A stretch of 64,000 nt of DNA from a virus, in the IMG/VR virus record IMGVR_UViG_3300015171_000001, positions 1 to 64,000 of that record; one strand, given 5' to 3'. Numbering within the stretch: position 1 is the stretch's first letter; each line of letters opens with the position of its first letter. Shown piece by piece: positions 56,193-64,000 of this stretch. Below the pieces are notes generated by a model, which saw only the letters and a program-made list of their open reading frames with translations, was not told where the DNA came from and did no database searches. A program made the translations under genes and the position numbers.

Positions 56193-57143
56193 GTGGATAT
56201 TGTTTTAGAACAAAAATTAATAGATCTTCTTAATAGAACATTAAATCAATCCCCGATTGTTAAAAATACAAAAAACGGGAGACAATTTATTTATTATTCT
56301 CCATTTATTTCACACAGAAAAAGAAAATTGGAAGTAAATTTTCCCACAATGAAATGGCATTGTTGGATATCAAATAAAGGCGGATTTAGTATAAAAAGTC
56401 TTATTTTTAAAATAAATCCACCAGAATGCATTTTAAGAGAATTACAATCTTTATTAAAAGATGAACCAATAAAATTCCACAGTGAATTTTCAAAAACAGA
56501 AGTTATTTTAAAACTCCCAGACGAATATATTCCTTTAATAAAAAAATCAAACACAATAGAATATAAACATGCTATAAATTATTGCAAAAAAAGAGGACTA
56601 TCAATATTAGATATTTTTAGATATAAAATTGGTTATTGTATAGAAGGAAAATATAAAAATAGAATAATAATTCCTTCATATGATTCAAATTTCAATATAA
56701 AATTTTTTGTCGGCAGAAGTTGGTATTCAAATTCAACTTTACCATACTTAAACTCGCCATTTTCAAAAAATATTATAGGATTTGAATCTTTAATTAATTG
56801 GAAGTATCCAATTGTGTTAGTGGAAGGCAGCTTTGATGCAATTTCTGTAAAAATAAATGCTATTCCGCTTTTTGGAAAAGTTTTGTCTGAAAATTTAATA
56901 CTCAAAATTATAGATGAGGGAGTAAAAGAAATACATGTTTGTTTAGATAATGATGCTCTTTCCAGTAATTTGAGAATATGTGAAAAATTCTTAAAATATG
57001 GAATCAAAGTAAAATTCATAAATTTGCTAGAAAAAGACCCTTCTGCAATAGGTTACAAAAAAATCACAGAAATAATACAAAATACAGATTATATTGATGA
57101 ATTTTCATTGTTAAAATTTAAAATTAAATATGGAATAAAATAA
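56193..57143 (+). CDS. DnaG-like DNA primase (TOPRIM)
   Basis: YCKKRG, NRIIIP, FVGR, YLNSP, LVEGSFDA, CLDND, KDP. Confidence 0.87.
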   Translation: MDIVLEQKLIDLLNRTLNQSPIVKNTKNGRQFIYYSPFISHRKRKLEVNFPTMKWHCWISNKGGFSIKSLIFKINPPECILRELQSLLKDEPIKFHSEFSKTEVILKLPDEYIPLIKKSNTIEYKHAINYCKKRGLSILDIFRYKIGYCIEGKYKNRIIIPSYDSNFNIKFFVGRSWYSNSTLPYLNSPFSKNIIGFESLINWKYPIVLVEGSFDAISVKINAIPLFGKVLSENLILKIIDEGVKEIHVCLDNDALSSNLRICEKFLKYGIKVKFINLLEKDPSAIGYKKITEIIQNTDYIDEFSLLKFKIKYGIK

Positions 57144-57144
57144 A

Positions 57145-60100
57145 ATGGACTATAAAATAACAAAATTAGAGACACAAATTTCAAAGGTCAAAAGAATATT
57201 TCATATAGGAGATATTCATCTTAGACTATTAAAAAGACATGATGAATACAATGTCGTGTTCAATAAAATGTTCTCAAAATTTTCAGAAATTGGTTTGGAA
57301 GATAGTATAATATGTATTTTAGGAGATTTGGTTCATTCAAAAGTAGAATTAAGTCCAGAATTAATTAGAGAATGTTCTAAATTTTTAAAAAAATGTGCGG
57401 AACTATGTCCAACAATATTAATTGCTGGAAACCACGATGCCAATTTAAACAATAAAAATAGATTAGATTCATTAACTCCCATTGTGGACAGTTTAAATCT
57501 TAAAGATCTATTTTATTTAAAAGACACCGGATTATATCAATTTGCCGATTGTCTTTTTTCTAATTTTAGCGTATTCGATCATAATAATGTCGAGAAATAC
57601 ATTAAAATGACCAAAGTTCCAAAATCTATTAAGCGAAATGCCTCTCATTTAATTGGGTTATTTCATGGTCCCTTACATAATTCCATAACAGACGTTGGAT
57701 ATAGGGTGGATAATAAATCGTTGTGCCTAGACCTATTTGACGGACTGCATACTGTATTGTGTGCAGATATTCATAAAAGACAGACATTACAAACACGAGA
57801 TGATTTAAATGACAAACCAATTGTTATTTATCCAGGGAGTTTAATTCAACAAAATTATGGTGAAACATTGGAAAATCACGGATTTTGTTCATGGGATTTG
57901 ACTAATCAAACACATAAATTTTATGATATTGATAATGATTATGGATTCTGTACATTAGAAATAATGAATGGGAAATTAATATCTCCATTATCAACTCTCA
58001 CTAAAAACACCAGACTCCGATTAAAATGCACAGATACTTTGCCATCAGAAGTTAAAAAAATACTCGAAAAAATACAAGAAAAATTTAACATCGAAGAAGT
58101 TTGTTATTTAAAGGATTCTACAATAGAAAAATCTAGAAATAATTTAAATGAATTAAAATTAGAAGATGTTCATAATGTTGAATATCAGAATTCTTTAATA
58201 AAACAATTCTTAATTCAAGATTCAATTGATGTTGATGTTTTAGAAGAAGTTTGTAATATAAATAAAGAAATTAATTTGTCGATAATTAAAAATGACAAGG
58301 CACAAAACATAAAATGGATTCCAAAGAAATTTGAATTTTCTAATATATTTTCTTATGGAGAAAATAATGTTCTTGATTTTTCAAAAATGAAAGATCTCAT
58401 AGGACTCTTTTCAAAAAATGCGTCAGGAAAATCGAGCCTTTTCCACATATTATCTTTTTGTTTATTTGACAAATGTTCGGAAACTTCCAGAACAGCAAAA
58501 ATGATGAATACTCAAAAAGATACATTTAAATGTAAATTTAATTTTTTATTAAATGGAGAAGACTATTTTATCGAAAGAATTGGGAAAAAAGACAAAAAAG
58601 GAAATGTTAAGGTTGATGTTTCTTTTTATAAAATAAAAAATGGGAATAAATTGGAATTAAATGGAGAAGGCAGATATTCAACGAATGACGTTATTCGAGA
58701 TTATGTTGGTACATTTGATGATTTTATATTGACTTCATTATCATTGCAGGGAGGGAAATCACTATCTTTTATTGAGTTAGGACAAACAGAAAAGAAAGAT
58801 TTATTAATCAAATTTATGGGAATTGATGTGTTTGATAATTTAGAAACATGTGCCTCAAAAAAATTACAAGAAATTATATTGGACCTAAAAAAAGATAATA
58901 TTGAACAATTGAATCAAGACTCTTCGGATTATTCAAAAAATTTAGAGTTTTTATTAGAAAATACTGTTGAAATAAAAGAGAAACTATCGATTGAAAATGA
59001 TCAATTAAATAACATAACAACTTTGATTGAAAATGAGAATAAAAAATTAATCCCATTGCAATATGTTCCAAAAAAGTCTTTAGAACAATATAAAAAAGAT
59101 TTGGTTATTAAAAAAGAAAACGAAATTTCAACACTTTCTTCTATATCGGAAAATAAAAATATTGAAAAACAACTGTCTATAGAAATAGAAAAGCTGACAA
59201 TTTATAAAGAAAAATTTGAAGAAACTAATTTGTTAAATAATGTTACGGAGTACCAAAATATATCAAAAGAATTGGAGATTAAAACACATTGTTTTGAAAA
59301 AGAAAAGGTTATAATTAACTCTAAAATAGAAAAGTTAAAAAATCTAGAATCTCATAAATATGACCCATCTTGTCAATATTGTATCGACAATGTATTTGTA
59401 AAAGATGCTATTAAAACAAGAGAAGAACTAATCACAGATAAATTAAGGATGTCTGAATTAATTAATAAACTTTCCGAATTAAAAAATAAAAAAGAATCCT
59501 TTGGGGATATATTAGAACAATATGAAAAATATAAAAAGTTATTGGAAGAAATTAATAACAAAAATAAAAAACAATATCTAATATCAAATACATTGTTAAA
59601 ATTACAAAATGAATTACAATCTATTTCTTCAAGTGTTTTAAACATAGAATCCGAAATAAATCAATATATCCAGAGTGAAGATAATATAAAACACAATCTA
59701 ATTATCGAAAAAAATATTGTTGATCTAAAAAATAAAAGGAATGTAATCAAGTCTACTCAAACAGAATTAAATAGTTTGTTATATAAAAATGCGACAAAAC
59801 AATCTAGCATAGAAGATAAAATTGTTTATTTAAAAAATAGAATATTGGAAATTGGTTCTTTGGAAAAAAAGAAAGATTGTTACGAACTGTACATTTCTTC
59901 TATTTCTAGAAATGGAATTCCCAATATGTTAATTGAGAGAAGTGTTCCTAAAATTCAAGACGAAGTAAATAATATATTAAGACAAATTGTCGATTTTACT
60001 CTAGAAATTTTCATAGAAGATAAAGATGTTTATAGTAATATTGTTTATGAAGATAAAAAATCTTCTTTAGAATTAGGAAGTGGAATGGAGAAATTTATAT

Positions 60101-60351
60101 CATCTCTTACATTGCGATGTGCTATATCTAATATTTGTCACTTGCCAAAATCAAACTTCCTTGTTATAGACGAAGGATTTGGTCAATTGGATAGTGATCA
60201 TTTCCAATCAATTGTTACATTTTTTAATTTTTTAAAAACACAATATGAATTTATTATTATAATAAGTCATTTGGAAGCTATGAGGGAATTGGTAGATTGT
60301 CAATTGGAAATTAAAAAAGAAGGTTCTTTCTCTAAAATTGAATATCTCTGA
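57145..60351 (+). CDS. Fused Mre11/SbcD nuclease - Rad50/SbcC ATPase (gp47-gp46-like)
   Basis: GDIH, LGDLVH, AGNHD, ADIH, YPGS; then KNASGKSS Walker A, CQYC zinc hook, GSGME signature, VIDEGFG Walker B, IISH. Confidence 0.92.
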   Translation: MDYKITKLETQISKVKRIFHIGDIHLRLLKRHDEYNVVFNKMFSKFSEIGLEDSIICILGDLVHSKVELSPELIRECSKFLKKCAELCPTILIAGNHDANLNNKNRLDSLTPIVDSLNLKDLFYLKDTGLYQFADCLFSNFSVFDHNNVEKYIKMTKVPKSIKRNASHLIGLFHGPLHNSITDVGYRVDNKSLCLDLFDGLHTVLCADIHKRQTLQTRDDLNDKPIVIYPGSLIQQNYGETLENHGFCSWDLTNQTHKFYDIDNDYGFCTLEIMNGKLISPLSTLTKNTRLRLKCTDTLPSEVKKILEKIQEKFNIEEVCYLKDSTIEKSRNNLNELKLEDVHNVEYQNSLIKQFLIQDSIDVDVLEEVCNINKEINLSIIKNDKAQNIKWIPKKFEFSNIFSYGENNVLDFSKMKDLIGLFSKNASGKSSLFHILSFCLFDKCSETSRTAKMMNTQKDTFKCKFNFLLNGEDYFIERIGKKDKKGNVKVDVSFYKIKNGNKLELNGEGRYSTNDVIRDYVGTFDDFILTSLSLQGGKSLSFIELGQTEKKDLLIKFMGIDVFDNLETCASKKLQEIILDLKKDNIEQLNQDSSDYSKNLEFLLENTVEIKEKLSIENDQLNNITTLIENENKKLIPLQYVPKKSLEQYKKDLVIKKENEISTLSSISENKNIEKQLSIEIEKLTIYKEKFEETNLLNNVTEYQNISKELEIKTHCFEKEKVIINSKIEKLKNLESHKYDPSCQYCIDNVFVKDAIKTREELITDKLRMSELINKLSELKNKKESFGDILEQYEKYKKLLEEINNKNKKQYLISNTLLKLQNELQSISSSVLNIESEINQYIQSEDNIKHNLIIEKNIVDLKNKRNVIKSTQTELNSLLYKNATKQSSIEDKIVYLKNRILEIGSLEKKKDCYELYISSISRNGIPNMLIERSVPKIQDEVNNILRQIVDFTLEIFIEDKDVYSNIVYEDKKSSLELGSGMEKFISSLTLRCAISNICHLPKSNFLVIDEGFGQLDSDHFQSIVTFFNFLKTQYEFIIIISHLEAMRELVDCQLEIKKEGSFSKIEYL

Positions 60352-60368
60352 TATACTTATAGAGTATA

Positions 60369-63200
60369 ATGCCTACTGATTTAAGAACTATAACTGCCGA
60401 TATTGTTGATACCGGAACAAATTCCAATTATTTTATTGTTGGAGAATTATCTAACACACTTACTTCTGGAAAAAATGCACTGACATTAAACGGATCTAAT
60501 TTATTATTACCTACTAGTAATATTTATTTTCAGGTATATGATTCCTCTGGAAATTTGTTATATACAGAAATCGCCAGGGGGAGTTCGAATATAAATTATA
60601 GGGAAGGGGTATCTATAATTATTTCTATTTGGGTAGATGATTCTACTGCAATTGGTACTGGAAAATTAATAATTGTTGGGCAAGACACAAATTCTAAAAT
60701 AGTAAAATGGACAAAAAATGTAAATATTAATCCATACCAAATAAATTCCTCAAAAATAAGATTTTATAATACTCCATCGATAGAAGTTGACCCATATCTA
60801 TCAGAAATTATAGTTTTTGATTCATTTTCAGACAATTTTAATTCTGGAACATCTAATACAAAGGCAATTGTTCCAAAACAAAATTTTCCATATTTTTCCT
60901 TCGATTACTTAAGAAACACAATAGATTATAGAGTGTATAATACATCAGGAAATCCATTCGATTCCTTCATGGAAGGTAATGTGATGAATTTCACAAATAT
61001 TAATGGAACTACAGCATCATTCTCTTCTAATGTATTGGAAGTCATTTCTGACTCGGAATTGAAAATAGAATTTCCATATCTAGAAAATAATATAGTAAAA
61101 AGTATAAGTTCATCAAATTGGAATATTTCTTATATACCATACGAAGAATTAAATTCACCACAATTTGTGGAAAAAGAATTGTCGGGGTCTATATTCACAT
61201 ATAAACAATCAGTAGCATATGTGTATTTCAAAAATATAAATACATTCACCGGAAATGTATATAGATTTAAATTATATAGAAAAGGATTAAATTCTAATTT
61301 TGATAGTGAATGTATAGCAGATGACTTAATTACTACAAAAGAAATATTAATAGATGATACTACACCAAATAGATCTTTAGAAAATATCGGGTATTTTTAT
61401 GAAACAGACCATATACAAAAATATTGGTTTACTAGTAGTAATGTATCATATTCATATACTACATTCCCTCTTATTGATAGCATGTTTATTGAAAATTCAT
61501 ACACAGGATCATCTAATATTTTTTCAAGACCATATATTTTATCAAAAGATGATACCACAACAGATTTCAGAAACTCTACATATATTCCTTATGATGCAAC
61601 GCAATCTTCTGCTTTATCTGGAAGTGCATATGATAGTAATTTTTTGAGAATATTTAATGGTGTCGAGTATGTCTTAACAGCAAATATTATTGCAACAAAT
61701 TCGGGAAGTTTTTCTACAGATAATGGAATTTTAGATTTTTATCTAACTGGATCTTTATTAAATAATTCCGTATCTAATCAATATGATGGTTATGGTGTAA
61801 AATTAATGTCAGTAATAGTCCCGAGTGGAACAGGAACAAAATACTTATATCAAGTAAGTAGTTCATTTACATTAAATGAAGATGTAAATTGTGCGCTGGT
61901 TTTATCTCCATATAATGCAAGCTTTTATGTTTCTAAAATATCAATACAACCAAAAGAAAGTTTTTCTTTTTCTCCTCAAATATTTTATATAAAAGTTCCA
62001 TTTCCTATAGATACAAGAAATTCTAGATATGTAATTTCTGCTGAATTGTTTGATGTGAATAGTGACCACGTTCCTATAACATTAGAAACTACTCAAAATT
62101 TTGACCCTCTTGGGGAATCATTATTTATGCCATCGGCAAGTATATCAGAATCTCCTAATTATGTAGTAAATGCAACAAATGCTAGTTTTCAAAGTTTAAC
62201 AGTATATCCAGGATTAACAAATTTATCTAATTTAATTGTTCAAAATATTACTGCAAATGGACAAGTCACATTTAATAATCAAGTCTATATTCCAGGAGGA
62301 AATGCATTATTTACATCAAGTTGGGCCAATAATTCTATAAATTCAATTTCTTCATCATATAGTAGTGTTTCATCTTACACATTAAATTCAATTTCTTCAT
62401 CATATGCATCAAGTTCTACTTTTTCAAATACCGCATCATTTTTATTAGGAACAATTGCATCTGCATCATATGCCACAACGTCTTCTTATTCTAATAATAC
62501 AATTTCATCATCATTTGCATCTAATTCAAATTTTTCAAATACAGCATCTTATGCTTTAAATTCTGGCATTAGCATAATTGCTAGGTCATTCACTTCATCT
62601 GTTACTTATATACCAACTACAGGGACGCGTTATGCTATTATAGAGGGCGTTGGTGGTGGTGGTGGGTCAGCAGGATCTCCTTCTACAAATTCAACAACAA
62701 TAGTAGTCGGTGGTGGTGCTGGAGGAGGTGCTTATTTTAGAAAAGTAGCAACCTCTGCAGAATTAATTTCTGGAGCAGTTATAGTTATTGGAAATGCTGG
62801 ATCGCCAGGTTCTAGTGGAGGCGGTGTGGGTGGTAATGGAGGAAATACAGTTATTACATACAGTTCTGTCACTCTTACAGCGGGAGGTGGGCAAGGTGGT
62901 AGTTATAACAGCATTTCGGTAAACTGGGCTGCAATAGCAGGAAGTCAAGGAGGAGTTGCTACTGGCGGAGATGATAATTTTTCTGGAGGAGTTGGTGGAA
63001 CTGGTGCTGGATATGGAAATCAAGATTCTGGATACGGTGGAAATGGAGGAAGTAGTTTCTTTAGTGGTGGTTCTACAAGCGCAGAACCTGGAAATGGGTA
63101 TGGATCTGGTGCTGGTGGATTATTTATTGGGGTTAGTGGTGCAGCCACTCCTGGACTTATTGGGGGCATTGGTTATGTACGAATTACCGAATTCTTATAA
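60369..63200 (+). CDS. Tail-fibre-like virion protein with Ser-rich repeats and Gly-rich C-terminal domain
   Basis: SISSSYA/TASYA repeats, then FTSSVTYIPTTGT..AIIEGVGGGGG...GYGSGAGG...GYVRITEF. Confidence 0.75.
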   Translation: MPTDLRTITADIVDTGTNSNYFIVGELSNTLTSGKNALTLNGSNLLLPTSNIYFQVYDSSGNLLYTEIARGSSNINYREGVSIIISIWVDDSTAIGTGKLIIVGQDTNSKIVKWTKNVNINPYQINSSKIRFYNTPSIEVDPYLSEIIVFDSFSDNFNSGTSNTKAIVPKQNFPYFSFDYLRNTIDYRVYNTSGNPFDSFMEGNVMNFTNINGTTASFSSNVLEVISDSELKIEFPYLENNIVKSISSSNWNISYIPYEELNSPQFVEKELSGSIFTYKQSVAYVYFKNINTFTGNVYRFKLYRKGLNSNFDSECIADDLITTKEILIDDTTPNRSLENIGYFYETDHIQKYWFTSSNVSYSYTTFPLIDSMFIENSYTGSSNIFSRPYILSKDDTTTDFRNSTYIPYDATQSSALSGSAYDSNFLRIFNGVEYVLTANIIATNSGSFSTDNGILDFYLTGSLLNNSVSNQYDGYGVKLMSVIVPSGTGTKYLYQVSSSFTLNEDVNCALVLSPYNASFYVSKISIQPKESFSFSPQIFYIKVPFPIDTRNSRYVISAELFDVNSDHVPITLETTQNFDPLGESLFMPSASISESPNYVVNATNASFQSLTVYPGLTNLSNLIVQNITANGQVTFNNQVYIPGGNALFTSSWANNSINSISSSYSSVSSYTLNSISSSYASSSTFSNTASFLLGTIASASYATTSSYSNNTISSSFASNSNFSNTASYALNSGISIIARSFTSSVTYIPTTGTRYAIIEGVGGGGGSAGSPSTNSTTIVVGGGAGGGAYFRKVATSAELISGAVIVIGNAGSPGSSGGGVGGNGGNTVITYSSVTLTAGGGQGGSYNSISVNWAAIAGSQGGVATGGDDNFSGGVGGTGAGYGNQDSGYGGNGGSSFFSGGSTSAEPGNGYGSGAGGLFIGVSGAATPGLIGGIGYVRITEFL

Positions 63201-63247
63201 TAAAAAGTGGAATGTAATATATCAATAGTTAATTATATTTATAATAT

Positions 63248-63847
63248 ATGAAAATCAAAATTTCAGAATTAAAATCAATAATACGTGAATGTATTAATGA
63301 GGAAAAACAAGTTTTATACGAAGCAATGACATATGATCAATTAGTACATGCGACTAAATCCAATTGGCCTACTAGATTTGAAAATACAAAAAATGTAATA
63401 ACAGTTCCTCCAAAATTAGTTGTTTTAAAAAGTGGAAATGTTGATTTGCAATTCAATTATAGATCAACAACATCAAAAAGTGGAAATTCTCACTTGGGGC
63501 AAATTATTTTCTTTCCAAATAAAATGAGTGCAATAAATAAATTTGGTAATTGGTGGAAGAAAATAAAAGATCAATTTAATAGATTTATTGGAAAGTCTGT
63601 TCCTCCAAATGTATTAAATAATGATGATTTGAGAAAAATGAATTGTAAATGCACTTGTGATTGCGAAGATTTTTTATATAGAATGGAAGTTGCCAATCAT
63701 AAGAAAGATGCTTCTGATATTAAATATAGCAATGGAAAAGATCCTATAATAAGAAACCCCCAAATGAGACCAGGATTATGTAAACATCTATTGGGAACTT
63801 TAAAATATCTTATAAACAAAAAACCATTAGAATCTGAAATAGATTAA
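63248..63847 (+). CDS. SWIM-type zinc finger protein
   Basis: CTCDCEDF...GLCKHL. Confidence 0.7.
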   Translation: MKIKISELKSIIRECINEEKQVLYEAMTYDQLVHATKSNWPTRFENTKNVITVPPKLVVLKSGNVDLQFNYRSTTSKSGNSHLGQIIFFPNKMSAINKFGNWWKKIKDQFNRFIGKSVPPNVLNNDDLRKMNCKCTCDCEDFLYRMEVANHKKDASDIKYSNGKDPIIRNPQMRPGLCKHLLGTLKYLINKKPLESEID

Positions 63848-63848
63848 T

Positions 63849-64000
63849 ATGAAACTTTCAAAATTAAAAACATTAATAAAAGAATGTATATTGGAAATTA
63901 AAGATTCCCAAAGTAATGTGGAATTATTTAAGAAAAAATATAATATATCTGATAATGACGAAATTTATGATTTATTTAAAAGATTTAATAAAAATCTTCC
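63849..64000 (+). CDS. Hypothetical protein, truncated at the window edge
   Basis: MKLSKLKTLIKECILEIKD..., open to the end of the window. Confidence 0.65.
   Translation, partial: MKLSKLKTLIKECILEIKDSQSNVELFKKKYNISDNDEIYDLFKRFNKNL

Noticed and set aside
2380-63228. Short antisense or nested ORFs (e.g. 2380, 4379, 6793, 10768, 13218, 13450, 14467, 17489, 20595, 22365, 27131, 33394, 36509, 37346, 41354, 43041, 44440, 49221, 50357, 50394, 55927, 56294, 56633, 57629, 58874, 59373, 61399, 62763, 62956)
   Set aside because: Contained in or antisense to well-supported genes, with no recognisable motifs.
1-64000. Stop-codon reassignment (code 15 or 4), as in some large phages
   Set aside because: Long genes are intact in code 11, and TAG and TGA both end genes at sensible positions. 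The only in-frame interruption found is a single TAA.
1-64000. Giant eukaryotic virus or cellular origin
   Set aside because: gp25/gp6 baseplate genes, sigma70 promoters, a GH73 lysin and CCA-encoding tRNAs indicate a tailed bacteriophage.

Overview
AT-rich, gene-dense 64 kb segment of a large contractile-tailed bacteriophage in genetic code 11, with no cellular housekeeping genes. From left to right: (1) small early-type ORFs, a 234-bp non-autonomous IS607-type remnant, a membrane-anchored GH73 lysin and PhoH; (2) two paralogous ~1000-1200 aa tail-fibre-like proteins; (3) a ~14.5 kb tailoring-enzyme island with three Twitch/SPASM radical SAM enzymes (one interrupted by an in-frame TAA), about six glycosyltransferase-like genes, an AsnB-like amidotransferase, a carbamoyltransferase, an SGNH-like protein and a 2OG-Fe(II) oxygenase; (4) an HD protein and a Ser/Thr/Gly repeat fibre; (5) an IS607 element (TnpA + TnpB); (6) an RNA cluster with three atypical tRNAs (Ile-UAU with long variable arm, fMet-like, Gly-ACC) and two candidate structured ncRNAs; (7) a phosphoesterase, KpsS-like transferase, Hsp20, a membrane protein with a probable -1 frameshift, a catalytically dead peptide deformylase homologue and a gp55-like sigma factor; (8) baseplate/tail genes (spike, gp25, gp6, DNRLRE, LamG, PKD, FG-GAP/dockerin proteins); (9) RuvC, primase and an Mre11-Rad50 fusion; (10) a Gly-rich fibre and head-associated-type ORFs. 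The best candidate for an undescribed system is a phage-encoded virion-protein decoration pathway: an [S/T]-[G/A]-S tripeptide recurs densely in peripheral virion proteins but not in the enzymes I scanned, and it sits next to the glycosyltransferase/radical SAM island. All family calls are from motif recognition by eye; no searches were run.
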